Part shown: piece after piece, positions 18,853 to 28,426 of the stretch
Layout: the number at the start of each line of letters is the position of its first letter
How positions within the stretch are numbered: the first letter of the stretch is position 1
DNA from: Candidatus Saccharimonadota bacterium
GTDB lineage: Bacteria > Patescibacteriota > Saccharimonadia > CAILAD01 > BJGX01
Reading direction: 5' to 3'
NCBI GenBank assembly: GCA_016191105.1
Contig: JACPPH010000003.1
Span: 15,492-79,491 of the forward strand
Length of the DNA: 64,000 bases
Made by a program: the position numbers and the translations under genes
Notes under the pieces: model-generated
The model's database searches: none
What the model was told of the DNA's origin: nothing
The model's input: only the letters and a program-made list of their open reading frames with translations

Positions 18853-19296
18853 TTAGTTAAGTTTTTTAGCTACTAAGCCACTTACACGTTTACCATCGGC
18901 TGCCCCGCCGGTTTTAGCCATAACGGCACCAATTACAGCACCCATTTGAGCCTTATCGGTTGCACCCTGTTGGGCGATAACCTCATCGACAATCTTTTCG
19001 AGTTCAGAATCGTCCATCGCTTCTGGTAAATAGCCATCAATTACATCAAGCTCGGCCTGCTCTTCTTTAACTAGATCATCTCGGTTGGCATTCTGGTATT
19101 GTTCGATTGAGTCGCGGTGTTTTTTGGCCTCTTTTTGCAACACCTGGATCATCTCTTGTGGGCTTAGGTCGTGACCGACCTCTATCTGGTAGTTTTTGAG
19201 GGCAGTTTTAAGCAAACGAAGCGTGGTTAGCCTAACCTGGTCACGCTCTTTGAGCGCTTCGGCCAGATCTGATTCTAGTTGCTGCAGATTGTTCAA
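18853..19296 (-). CDS. GatB/YqeY domain-containing protein
   Basis: 147-aa helical protein matching the YqeY/GatB C-terminal domain architecture (LL.ALK...Y...). Confidence 0.8.
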   Translation of the reverse strand: MNNLQQLESDLAEALKERDQVRLTTLRLLKTALKNYQIEVGHDLSPQEMIQVLQKEAKKHRDSIEQYQNANRDDLVKEEQAELDVIDGYLPEAMDDSELEKIVDEVIAQQGATDKAQMGAVIGAVMAKTGGAADGKRVSGLVAKKLN

Positions 19297-19474
19297 ATTT
19301 ATCTCCTATGGACTTACTTTTGACTTCTTGCGAAATTCGAAATCCTATCAATTTGAGCCATATGGTCATTTTCTTGTAACGAGGCATAGCCGTAGCTATG
19401 CTGAGGAGCAAAAAATGCGCAGATGGCCAAAGTGTTAGATTTTAGACGTGAGAATGTCGAGAGTAAGTTCATTG

Positions 19475-19684
19475 TTAACGAATACCGAGTAGTTCGCGAG
19501 TTTTAGCCTCTTTACGGGCTCGTTTGCGGATGGCAATCTCGCGCTGTTCTTTTTTGCTCAGCGGTTTTTCGAAGTATTTTTTGCGACGGGCTTCGGTAAG
19601 AACACCAGATTGAGCGACTTTTTTATTAAATCGCCGAATTAGGCTTTCTACAGATTCGTCATCTTTACGGCTTACTTGAAGCAA
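19475..19684 (-). CDS. rpsU: 30S ribosomal protein S21
   Basis: 69 aa, basic, VSRKDDESVESLIRRFNKK...RRKKYFEKPLSKKEQREI. AGGAGG SD. Confidence 0.85.
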   Translation of the reverse strand: MLQVSRKDDESVESLIRRFNKKVAQSGVLTEARRKKYFEKPLSKKEQREIAIRKRARKEAKTRELLGIR

Positions 19685-19770
19685 ATCAAATCACCTCCTA
19701 AGGTGTGGTTATCTTATTGATTGGTGTAATTATATCTGAATTTAGCTAAAAACACAAGCTATTTAGCTTA

Positions 19771-19805
19771 TGGCTATATTGACTTACGAGAGCTTTTGTG
19801 GTAAC
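19771..19805 (+). promoter_or_regulatory. Putative sigma70 promoter driving the GC-rich island genes
   Basis: TTGACT-17 nt-TAACAT immediately upstream of the 19808/19883 ORF. Confidence 0.4.
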
Positions 19806-19807
19806 AT

Positions 19808-20260
19808 GTGCAAATCGTTTCGGGTTTCCGTCTCGATCTGCCATGGCAGCAACGACCCATGGACGAACCTGGAGTTTTCAATATGCCCGATTACAAAGTG
19901 TGGATCCCGGCGGACCTCCTCTCCGTAATCCAGAAGGAGGAACTGAAAGCGGCAGTCCGCTACATCACCGCCGCCGAGATGACCTGCAAGAAGCCTGATG
20001 GCGAGGTGATGATCATCGAGCCAGAGATGGTCGACGTGACCATCGTCGAGGTACCCCAAGAGAACCTCGACTGGGGAGACACAGGCGCACTTCTTGAGGT
20101 GGGCGCCTTCGACTTCGAAGATCGCATGCGCAACATCGATGAGCGCATGAAGGCCATCGCCATCGAGACCAGGCGAGTCCTGCCCATCGGCGACAAGCAT
20201 GTCTCGTGGACCTTCGACCCTCAGCCTCTCAACTGCTGGGGATCCACGAAGGTCGCCTGA
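19808..20260 (+). CDS. Hypothetical protein on a GC-rich (~60%) island
   Basis: Strong GC3 bias. Likely start MPDYKVWIPADLL... at 19883 with GGAG upstream. No recognisable domain. Followed by an agctccgg-acca-ccggagct hairpin. Confidence 0.5.
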   Translation: MQIVSGFRLDLPWQQRPMDEPGVFNMPDYKVWIPADLLSVIQKEELKAAVRYITAAEMTCKKPDGEVMIIEPEMVDVTIVEVPQENLDWGDTGALLEVGAFDFEDRMRNIDERMKAIAIETRRVLPIGDKHVSWTFDPQPLNCWGSTKVA

Positions 20261-20444
20261 AGCCGATCACTTCCTCGGGCATATTCACCAGCTCCGGACC
20301 ACCGGAGCTGGCATGCCCTTAGCTCTCAACGGATTGAGATTTAAGGTTGTGAAGCAATTTAATACTTGACTATAAGATGCAATTATGGTAGCCTTTGGCT
20401 AGGTCGTAATTCACGTCCGCACCAAACAACAAGGAGGTAGGCTG

Positions 20445-20906
20445 GTGACCGGATCACAGGCCTATGTCATCATCGCTCTGGCCATCGTCGGCCTCGTCGT
20501 GTTCATCGTGTTCGAGGTGTACGCGGGTCGAGTCCGGCGCCCAAGGATCGCCTTCGAGATCCAAGAGGCCATCGAGCAGCTCAACGCCGCGACCAGGCAC
20601 CACGTTCAGGTTCAGGCGGTGCTGGCTCTGATGGACCAGTTCGTGGAGCACCCCGAGCTCATGGCCAACCTGGCCGAGTACAGCCGTCAGACGGTCGCGA
20701 CAGCTCTGCTGAACCGAGTCAACACGCTCGGTGCAGATCTCGAGGTTGCCCAGAAGGCGCTGTCGTCGGCACGACAGAGCTATGTCCGGTATCCAAGCTT
20801 CGAACAAGACGTTCGGCGTGCTGAAATCTGGGTCGAGCAGCTGCTCCTGCAGCTCGAGGACGCCAACCAAGCAGCCGAGCTCTTCGGCGGCCTCCACTCG
20901 GTCTGA
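20445..20906 (+). CDS. Hypothetical membrane-anchored coiled-coil protein on the GC-rich island
   Basis: GTG start with a perfect AGGAGG SD 6 nt upstream. N-terminal TM helix (AYVIIALAIVGLVVFIVF) then a helical region. About 62% GC. Confidence 0.5.
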   Translation: MTGSQAYVIIALAIVGLVVFIVFEVYAGRVRRPRIAFEIQEAIEQLNAATRHHVQVQAVLALMDQFVEHPELMANLAEYSRQTVATALLNRVNTLGADLEVAQKALSSARQSYVRYPSFEQDVRRAEIWVEQLLLQLEDANQAAELFGGLHSV

Positions 20907-20928
20907 GCGACCTCCACAAAGAGGTTCG

Positions 20929-20995
20929 GGTGGGCGCACAACAGCGCCCGCCCAGCCTCTCTTCTTTTTGTAGACACAAAGGTGTCTTTTTTGTT
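20929..20995 (+). terminator. Tandem rho-independent terminators ending the GC-rich island
   Basis: gggcgcacaacagcgccc followed by a T-run, then agacacaaaggtgtct followed by tttttgttt. Confidence 0.6.
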
Positions 20996-21040
20996 TACAA
21001 ACAGATCTCTCGACTACGCTCGAAGTGACACATCCTCTAT

Positions 21041-21112
21041 GTCATTCCCGCGTAGGCGGGAATCTAGACTGGATTCCCGACGTCGAATGCTTCGCGTCGA
21101 CTCGAGGATGAC
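21041..21112. repeat. Structured palindromic repeat element, copy B (72 bp)
   Basis: gtcattcccgcgtaggcgggaatctagactggattcccgacgtcgaatgcttcgcgtcgactcgaggatgac. Paralogous to copy A. Sits at the right edge of the GC-rich island, just before hisS. Confidence 0.6.
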
Positions 21113-21125
21113 AAAATGTAGAGAT

Positions 21126-22394
21126 TCAGGATGACAACAGGACTGCTAGTTTTTCCGAAGCTTTGGCTACATCTACTGGCTCTTGATTGCCAGTTTTGAG
21201 ATCCTTTAAGATAGCTTTTTTGGCCTTAAGCTCGGTTTCGCCAATAATCAGCGCGTATTTGGCCTCGAACTTGCTGGCCCGGGCCAGCTGATCTTTCATA
21301 GTCTTGGTCGTTAGATCGATCCTGACACTCAGGCCGTCATCGAGCAGTTTTTCAGATAGGGTTAGTGCAGCCTTTTGAGCCTCGCTGCCCAAGTAAACCA
21401 CATAAACATCGGGCTTTTGGGCCTCCAGCTTGTGGCCGGTTGCCTCGAGCTCTAGCTTGATACGCTCCAGGCCCAAACCAAAGCCAACTGCTGGGGTTGG
21501 CTGCCCGCCTAGTAGCTCCACCAAACCATCATAGCGGCCGCCGCCGCCAAGTGAATCTTGCGATCCCTGGCGCGTACCCTTGAATTCAAACACCGTTTGA
21601 TTATAGTAATCCAAGCCTCGCACTAAGCGTGGATTTACATCGTAACCAATTCCCAGATCATCTAAGGCCTCCAAAACGGCTGCAAAGTGTTCTTTGCTAG
21701 ATTTATCAAGATAATCTAAGATCTGCGGAGCTTTTTCGATCAGCTCTTGCATATTAGCCTCTTTGCTATCCAAAAGACGCAACGGATTGCTCCCCAGCTG
21801 TTTTTTGGCCAAGTCTGTAAGCTTAGGCTCATGCGGCTTAAAGTAGTCGCGCAAAGCCTCTTGGTAGCGCTTGCGAGCTTCGAGAGAACCAATACTATTC
21901 ACCTGCAATGAGGTTGCCAGTCCTAAACGGGTATAAAACCTATTGGCCAGCGCAATGGTGTGCACGTCGGCAGTAGGGCTATCAACACCAAAAATCTCCA
22001 CTCCCAACTGGTGGTGCTGGCGATATCTACCCTCTTGAGGACGATCATAGCGGAAAAGCGGCTCTATATAGAACAGACCTACGGGCTTGGGCCAGCTTGG
22101 CATGCCGTTTTCTAGGTAGGTTCTTACCACGCCCGCAGTGCCCTCGGGCTTAAGCGCCAAGACACCTTTACCACGATCAGTTAAGGTGTACATTTCTTTA
22201 TGCACCACCTCGGTGGCCTCACCAACTCCTCTAATGAATAGCTGAGCATCTTCGAGAATTGGAGTCGAAATACGGCTTAGACCGGCAGCTTCGCAGATTT
22301 CGGTAAAGGTTTGCACTATGTGCTGCCAGGCTATCTGATCGGCAGGCAAAATATCTTGCATGCCACGTACCTTTTGAAATTGATTTTTGGCCAT
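21126..22394 (-). CDS. hisS: Histidine--tRNA ligase
   Basis: 422 aa class II aaRS. MAKNQFQKVRGMQDILP..., motifs 1-3, and HisRS-specific GGGRYDGL in the anticodon/His-binding region. Confidence 0.9.
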   Translation of the reverse strand: MAKNQFQKVRGMQDILPADQIAWQHIVQTFTEICEAAGLSRISTPILEDAQLFIRGVGEATEVVHKEMYTLTDRGKGVLALKPEGTAGVVRTYLENGMPSWPKPVGLFYIEPLFRYDRPQEGRYRQHHQLGVEIFGVDSPTADVHTIALANRFYTRLGLATSLQVNSIGSLEARKRYQEALRDYFKPHEPKLTDLAKKQLGSNPLRLLDSKEANMQELIEKAPQILDYLDKSSKEHFAAVLEALDDLGIGYDVNPRLVRGLDYYNQTVFEFKGTRQGSQDSLGGGGRYDGLVELLGGQPTPAVGFGLGLERIKLELEATGHKLEAQKPDVYVVYLGSEAQKAALTLSEKLLDDGLSVRIDLTTKTMKDQLARASKFEAKYALIIGETELKAKKAILKDLKTGNQEPVDVAKASEKLAVLLSS

Positions 22395-22793
22395 ATAATT
22401 CCTTCCTTTTTAGGTTATCATAGTTGTTTGTAAATAACTATTTCATCAAAACTTACTGTCTGGATCTCCGATCGATCCGTCAGCTGGCGGAAGGGATAAC
22501 GTGGGAGAGAAGATTAGCATAATTTAAGCATAGTTGTCTTGGTATGAGGTTGGGGGCTTTTTAGGCCCCCAACCTATTTGTCGTGAGTGTGAGTCAGTGA
22601 CTCAGCGGTGCGACCAGGTGTTCCAGGTCTGATGGGTTCGCATGGCTGGTTCTCCTTTCTCTCGATGTGGCCTTGCGGCTAAAGGCGATCGGAGCGAGCC
22701 GGGGCTCAACGATGCGACCAGTTGCGGGTGTCCCAGGGAACCGGGGTGATCGTGACCACAGTTACCTTCCCTTCTCTCGACTTGACTCTTTGG

Positions 22794-22825
22794 AATCAAA
22801 AAGCCCTTCCCGTTTGGGAAGGGGT
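22794..22825 (-). terminator. Rho-independent terminator downstream of recJ
   Basis: Minus-strand aaccccttccc-aaac-gggaagggg followed by ctttttga. Confidence 0.65.
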
Positions 22826-22932
22826 TGAGTTCAAATGCTAAAAATCCAAGCCTTTCACAAACGGGGTGAACCGACTCGATGCCAACGCAAAATTGTAGCT
22901 TGGATATTCATTTGCAACACAGTGTATTACGT

Positions 22933-24624
22933 TTATGATTTTCTGTCAAGCGAGCAGATATCCACAACCTCTAGCTGCAATTGGGCAACATTCTGCCAAA
23001 CATTCTCACTCAATCTGTAAACAACCTCTATTGGACTAGGTTTTATACCATCAGGCCAGCGGTGCGCGCTATTAAAACTAATGCCATCTAAGAATCTTCT
23101 TGAGTTTGTGCGAAACCGAAATTTGGTGTGATTTCTATCCTGACCAATAAATTTAGCCTCCTCCAAATATAGCTGGCTTACAAACATCGGCGGGGGGTTG
23201 GCATTGCCGTGTGGCTCAAGTTTTTTTAGCTCGCTCAAGCTTTCCAAAACCAATAAATCTCCGCTCAATACACAGTCGATGTCGAGTTGGTGCAAAAAGT
23301 CGTCTTTTGAGTACTGCTTTTGTACAAAATCGTTAATTTGCTGCCTAAATTCATCTATTTTACTGGTTGGCAGCGTGAGCCCGGCCGCAAAAGCGTGGCC
23401 ACCAAATTTGATTAAATCTTTGCCGCAGGCCGCAATCGCCTCAATAATATTGCATTTGCCAAAACTGCGCGCCGAGCCCTTGGCCTCCTCACCCAGGATT
23501 TGCAAGATTATTGTCGGCCTGTGATACCTTTCTGAAATTCGCGAGGCCACCAGGCCAGCAATGCCGTGCGACCAGTCGGGATTGGCTAAAACTAATACTT
23601 GATCCTCAACATATTCTTTAGCCACTTCACTAGCCTGCTCAAAAGCTTGGGCCGTTTGGGTTTGGCGCTCTGAATTAAGTTGATTGAGTGATTGAGCAAT
23701 CTGGTTTGCCTGCACAATGTCTGTGCACAATAGCAGTTTGAGAGACTTTTTGGCATGTTCTAGCCGTCCGGCCGCATTCAGGCGGGGACCTAAGCGGAAA
23801 CCAAGGTCATCGGTTTTGATTTGTGATAGTTCGACACCTGCGGCTTCAGATAGCGCCTTAATACCAGCCCGTTTGCTTTTGCGCAACACCATCAGTCCAT
23901 AATGCACTAGCACTCTATTTTCGCCCGTTAGATCAACAACATCACAGACTGTACCGAGAGCCACCAGATCGAGCAGCCATTTTTCGTACCCTACAGGCAA
24001 CCAGTCCGGCCGTTGCCGCTGCAAGGCTCTAGTTAAGTTAAAAGCCACACCCACACCCGCCAATTCTTTATATGGATATTTGTCGTCTGGCTGTTTGGGA
24101 TTTATAACACCAATAGCTTTGTCGGGAAGCTCTTCAGGCAAAGTGTGGTGATCGGTAATAATAATGTCTAAGCCAAGCTTGGCTGCCTCTGATACCTCGA
24201 CGGCCGAAGTTATGCCACAATCAACCGTGATCACTAGGTCTGTCTTGTCGGCGTGTAACTTCTTTAGTGCGGCGCTATTTAACCCATATCCCTCTTCGAA
24301 TCGATCCGGAATATAAACTTCCACTCGCGGATTAAGCTTGTGTAAAACATCGTACAGCAAAGTTGAGGCGGTCAACCCATCGATGTCGTAGTCGCCATAT
24401 ATGACGATCTTTTGCTTATCTGCTGTGGCCGCAATAATTCTATCCACAGCCTTCTGCATATCCTTCATTAAAAAAGGGTCGCCTAAATCGGCCTGGTAAT
24501 CAGGCGATAAAAAGCGCTTTTGCTCGTCGCCTTTCAGCCCCCGCTTTTGCAGGATGGTTGGGAGTAGGTCGTCGCGATTAGCAATAATGGCATTGGGCTT
24601 TTGCCAAATCGAAGAATTGTCCAT
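22933..24624 (-). CDS. recJ: Single-stranded-DNA-specific exonuclease RecJ
   Basis: DHH motifs (YGDYDIDGLTAS, ITDHH), DHHA1 and OB-fold regions. 563 aa. Confidence 0.9.
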   Translation of the reverse strand: MDNSSIWQKPNAIIANRDDLLPTILQKRGLKGDEQKRFLSPDYQADLGDPFLMKDMQKAVDRIIAATADKQKIVIYGDYDIDGLTASTLLYDVLHKLNPRVEVYIPDRFEEGYGLNSAALKKLHADKTDLVITVDCGITSAVEVSEAAKLGLDIIITDHHTLPEELPDKAIGVINPKQPDDKYPYKELAGVGVAFNLTRALQRQRPDWLPVGYEKWLLDLVALGTVCDVVDLTGENRVLVHYGLMVLRKSKRAGIKALSEAAGVELSQIKTDDLGFRLGPRLNAAGRLEHAKKSLKLLLCTDIVQANQIAQSLNQLNSERQTQTAQAFEQASEVAKEYVEDQVLVLANPDWSHGIAGLVASRISERYHRPTIILQILGEEAKGSARSFGKCNIIEAIAACGKDLIKFGGHAFAAGLTLPTSKIDEFRQQINDFVQKQYSKDDFLHQLDIDCVLSGDLLVLESLSELKKLEPHGNANPPPMFVSQLYLEEAKFIGQDRNHTKFRFRTNSRRFLDGISFNSAHRWPDGIKPSPIEVVYRLSENVWQNVAQLQLEVVDICSLDRKS

Positions 24625-24672
24625 GGCTATTAGTATAGACTATGAATTTGAGCTTATCGAATCTGTTACCAC

Positions 24673-24861
24673 TTAGAATCGATCAGCGCTATAATAGCTG
24701 GCACCTGAGCGCGATCTAAACCCGGCCGGCTCGCTTGGTTGTAGATTGCGATGACGCGTTAGATATATCTCGGTCTCGAGTAGTTTGGCTTTCTTAACCG
24801 AACCAATGCCGGCCCTGCCTTTAGTATGCGCAAACAATAGACTTTTTATTTTTTTTACCAC
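24673..24861 (-). CDS. Small basic hypothetical protein (62 aa)
   Basis: GTG start with AAAGGAG 9 nt upstream. Lys/Arg-rich. No family recognised, could be spurious. Confidence 0.3.
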   Translation of the reverse strand: MVKKIKSLLFAHTKGRAGIGSVKKAKLLETEIYLTRHRNLQPSEPAGFRSRSGASYYSADRF

Positions 24862-24890
24862 TCTCGCAACTCCTTTTGTTTTTTAGCTTT

Positions 24891-25172
24891 TTATACTTTT
24901 TTGGACTTTTTGTTGCTGGTCTTTAATACCATGCCCTGCAGCTCTTTGAACAATAAAAACGTTTGGTTGGCCCAATAAACCTTGGTATTGCCATCTTTGG
25001 CCGAGCGAACATAGCCAATCTTCTCTAATCGCGCCAATTCGCGGGCTATATTACCAGGGTCTTCGTGGGTAATCTTGGCTAATCCCCGAATGTGGACTTT
25101 ATAATCGGGGTACTTACTGAAAAGCGTAATGACCTTACGCCTAGTTTTGGAGGTTATGAAATATTGTAACAT
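24891..25172 (-). CDS. Winged-helix transcriptional regulator (93 aa)
   Basis: IRGLAKITHEDPGNIARELARLEKIGYVRS matches an HTH plus wing pattern typical of ArsR/MarR/PadR-like small regulators. Confidence 0.5.
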   Translation of the reverse strand: MLQYFITSKTRRKVITLFSKYPDYKVHIRGLAKITHEDPGNIARELARLEKIGYVRSAKDGNTKVYWANQTFLLFKELQGMVLKTSNKKSKKV

Positions 25173-25321
25173 TGTATTTTTCTCAACTTTGTTTTTAGAT
25201 TATTGCTTGTTTTCAGATTATTACATGTAGTATATCGTACAACTGTAGCCATTACAACACCCTAATTTACAAGTTTTTTGTATTTGCTATAATAAACATA
25301 AGGATTAATGCAAAACCAAAC

Positions 25322-26092
25322 ATGGATCGTTATTGCTCAAATTGTAATGCAATCGTCGTGCCATCGGCGGTTGGTCATTTGTGTCCGAATTGCGGCCAAC
25401 TAAATCACTTCGAACGCACGGCCAGTACCACTGTTCCGTCGGCCATAAAAATGGACGAATTCTTGGGTACCGACATCGATAGTAAACCTAAAAAAGCCAA
25501 AAAACCTAAGTCTGTCGCTTCTAAGCATGCTAAGCAGACCAAAACAAAATCTAAGGCTAAAAAAACAACTCTGTCAGATCTGACACCAAAACCTGTTAAT
25601 ACAGCCGGATCTGAGAAAGAATTTGTTGATCTTACTGCCCCACCAGAAACAATACCGACAGAGCAAAAACACGAAATCTCCACTAAGACAGTTGAGACCC
25701 CAAGCAAGGCCGAACCAAAATCGGTTAGAACCATTATGAAAAGATTGTTGGTGCCAGAACTGCCGGCGCCGCACTTTAGTGCCGTACCGACCGAGGCACA
25801 TAGCAGCAGCATTGCCATGGTAGCTGACTCGCCATCGAAAGTTAGCGAACCTAGCCCCGCGCCACATATTAACTCAATGGACACAGCCATCACTGCAAGT
25901 ACTGTCGCCGCTACTACAAACAGCCTGGCCCCAACCAGCACTCTCGACCAAGCTGAGCTTGAGCACGGCCAGATGATTCAAGCTGAACTAGAAGACACAC
26001 CTACCACAACCGCAATTCATGTAGTAGTGATTATTTTGGCCTCAGTTTTACTGATAGCAGCCGGGGTTTTGGTGTACTTAGTAGCTCGCTAA
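25322..26092 (+). CDS. Zinc-ribbon protein with disordered Lys/Ser/Thr-rich linker and C-terminal TM anchor
   Basis: N-terminal CSNC...CPNC forms a CxxC-x15-CxxC ribbon. A low-complexity middle is followed by a C-terminal hydrophobic helix, VVVIILASVLLIAAGVLVYLVA. The architecture is reminiscent of zinc-finger anti-sigma factors. That is speculative. Confidence 0.45.
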   Translation: MDRYCSNCNAIVVPSAVGHLCPNCGQLNHFERTASTTVPSAIKMDEFLGTDIDSKPKKAKKPKSVASKHAKQTKTKSKAKKTTLSDLTPKPVNTAGSEKEFVDLTAPPETIPTEQKHEISTKTVETPSKAEPKSVRTIMKRLLVPELPAPHFSAVPTEAHSSSIAMVADSPSKVSEPSPAPHINSMDTAITASTVAATTNSLAPTSTLDQAELEHGQMIQAELEDTPTTTAIHVVVIILASVLLIAAGVLVYLVAR

Positions 26093-27015
26093 GCTTTGGT
26101 TGGCTTTAGATTCTTAGCACCACCCTTTTTGGAGCGCTTGATTTTCCAGTTGTTGTAAACAACCAGAAGAGGAGCAGCGTTAAATATAGATGAATAGGTG
26201 CCCGAGAAAATTCCGATCAACAAGGCCAAAATAAAGAATTTAATCGACTCGCCGCCGAACAAGAAGAAAGCCAACAAGACCATAATCACGGTCAGGCTGG
26301 TATTGATGGAGCGAGCAAATGTCTCCAAAATGCTATCATTAACCAGCTCTTCAAATGGTTTATTGTAGCGCCGTAGGTTTTCACGTATCCTATCGTACAC
26401 CACAATCGTGTCGTGCACCGAGAAGCCAATGACTGTCAAGATAGCAGTTACAAACAAGCTATCGACCTGAATACCAAAAAAGTGGCCAAGCAACGAAAAT
26501 ACGCCAAGCACCAACAATACATCGTGCAACACCGCGATTATGGCTGTTACCCCAAAGCTCCAGGAGCTCAAGGGTGGTGGGGTTTTGCGAAAGGCAAAAG
26601 CAATATAGCAAATTATAGCTAAGCTCGCTATGAACACACTCAAAAGTGCGTTACGGGTAATGTCACGGCTAACGGTCGGGCCAACCGAGCTAAAGGCTGT
26701 TTCCTGAATATTCTGGGCAGCTAGATTAGCCTTGATGGCCTGGTGGATAGCCTCGCTATCGCCCCGACCCTGATTGCTGTAGCGAATTAGTAGCCTGTTG
26801 TTGCCACTTGTGGTAACGGTGATATCGGCCACCTCTGATTTAGCCACAATTGCTCTAACTTCGGACTGATTGGTGTTGCCACTAACTTCAATCTCTTGGC
26901 CACCAGTAAAATCGATGCCCGGCTTTAGCCCCCACAAAATCAGCGAGATAGTCCCTGGGATAATCACAATTAACGAAATAATAAACCAGAGTTTTCTGCG
27001 ACCAACAATATTCAT
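26089..27015 (-). CDS. secF: Protein translocase subunit SecF
   Basis: 308 aa, 6 TM, SecD/SecF family C-terminal block. 4-nt overlap with secD. Confidence 0.9.
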   Translation of the reverse strand: MNIVGRRKLWFIISLIVIIPGTISLILWGLKPGIDFTGGQEIEVSGNTNQSEVRAIVAKSEVADITVTTSGNNRLLIRYSNQGRGDSEAIHQAIKANLAAQNIQETAFSSVGPTVSRDITRNALLSVFIASLAIICYIAFAFRKTPPPLSSWSFGVTAIIAVLHDVLLVLGVFSLLGHFFGIQVDSLFVTAILTVIGFSVHDTIVVYDRIRENLRRYNKPFEELVNDSILETFARSINTSLTVIMVLLAFFLFGGESIKFFILALLIGIFSGTYSSIFNAAPLLVVYNNWKIKRSKKGGAKNLKPTKA

Positions 27016-28331
27016 GCTTTGGCCACCTTGGCTTTATTTGACTTGGAGTTGAACCGATACATTTTGGGGTCACTGGCCCACTCGGTCTGTAACAACAGCA
27101 TCATGAATGTCTTGGATACCGTGATAGCGGTAAACATACTTACTAGAACACCAATCGCTAGGGTAACTGCGAAGCCTTTGACAATCGAGTTGCCAAAGCT
27201 GAATTCATAGAGAATAAAACATGTGATAAGCGTAGATATGTTGGAGTCACGAATACTGGTCCAGGCTCTCTTAAAACCGTCTTCCAAACCAGTTTGTAAA
27301 CTTGACCCAGCCCGCACCTCTTCTTTCATGCGCTCAAATATCAAAATATTGGCATCGACCGCCATGCCTATGCTCAAAATAAAACCAGCTATGCCAGCCA
27401 GGGTTAATACGATTGGGAAGGGTGTTAAACCGCTCAGCTTAAATATCGCCAAGTTAATAAGCGTATAGATAACCAGCGCCACACTGGCCACAACGCCAGC
27501 CAACCGGTAGTAAGCAATCATAAAGAACACCACTGCCAACAAGCCTATAGCACCAGCAATAATACTTTTTTGAATCGACTCCGACCCCAAGCTAGCTCCA
27601 ACCGTTCGTTGCTCAACCAGATTAATTGGCACTGGTAGCGCACCGGCATTTAACAGCACTGTGGTATCTTGAGCATCCTTAATATCTTTGAAGCCCTGCA
27701 TTTGTCCCTTGCCGTCGGTAATTGCCGAGCTAACACTGCCGTTAAAGAGCGGCTGATCATCGAGCAAAATCAGAAGCCGGCCGCCACTTTGATTTATCTT
27801 GGTGGTAAGGCTGGCAAACTTCTGGACTGATTCAGACTTCATTGTGAAAGTAATAATTGGTTTACCCGACTGCTGATCGATATCAGTTGTAGCCGTGTCT
27901 AGATCCTTACCAGAGATGTCGGTGGCTTGCGGAAAGCCATTCTGCTCTACCTCATAAAAGCTAAGTTGGGCGGTCTTGCCGATTAAAGCAATAGCCTGGT
28001 TGACATCTTTAATGCCGGGCAACGAAATGGCCACTTTATCGCTACCACTAGTCTGAACAACTACCTCTGAGGTGCCGGTCGGATTCACGCGTTTTTGGAT
28101 GACATTAATTACGCCGCCAACAGCTTTTTGTTTGTCTTCGGCCGATGTTTTAGACAGATCAGTCTGATAAAGTAAGTTAGCACCGCCTTGGAGGTCTAAT
28201 CCTTGACGCACCTTCAGACTAGTATCTTTTAAGCCAATAGCGCTAAAGACTTTGTCTTCGCGAGGTATATCAATAACTATTACAACCAGGATAACGGCCA
28301 ATATTAACAGCAAGCGAGTCCGTAATTTCAT
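27012..28331 (-). CDS. secD: Protein translocase subunit SecD
   Basis: 439 aa with a large periplasmic loop plus 6 TM, with SecD motifs. Confidence 0.9.
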   Translation of the reverse strand: MKLRTRLLLILAVILVVIVIDIPREDKVFSAIGLKDTSLKVRQGLDLQGGANLLYQTDLSKTSAEDKQKAVGGVINVIQKRVNPTGTSEVVVQTSGSDKVAISLPGIKDVNQAIALIGKTAQLSFYEVEQNGFPQATDISGKDLDTATTDIDQQSGKPIITFTMKSESVQKFASLTTKINQSGGRLLILLDDQPLFNGSVSSAITDGKGQMQGFKDIKDAQDTTVLLNAGALPVPINLVEQRTVGASLGSESIQKSIIAGAIGLLAVVFFMIAYYRLAGVVASVALVIYTLINLAIFKLSGLTPFPIVLTLAGIAGFILSIGMAVDANILIFERMKEEVRAGSSLQTGLEDGFKRAWTSIRDSNISTLITCFILYEFSFGNSIVKGFAVTLAIGVLVSMFTAITVSKTFMMLLLQTEWASDPKMYRFNSKSNKAKVAKA

Positions 28332-28426
28332 TTTCTAACCTTGGCTCAATTCCACTTAGTTACCATACGATAGTACATCTTACACCTGAAAAAGGCAATA
28401 GTGCCAGTGCGTACTAAACCGAACGG

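Noticed and set aside
19784-20200. Minus-strand ORFs (138 aa, 78 aa) and further long ORFs (20454-20939, 20719-20979, 20780-20977) overlapping the GC-rich island genes
   Set aside because: They are antisense to plus-strand ORFs that have AGGAGG SDs and strong GC3 bias. In high-GC DNA long stop-free antisense frames are expected by chance.
22602-22799. 65-aa minus-strand ORF in the recJ-hisS spacer
   Set aside because: GC-rich non-coding-looking segment. The only SD-led start gives a 13-aa peptide. Kept as a possible sRNA or insert remnant instead.
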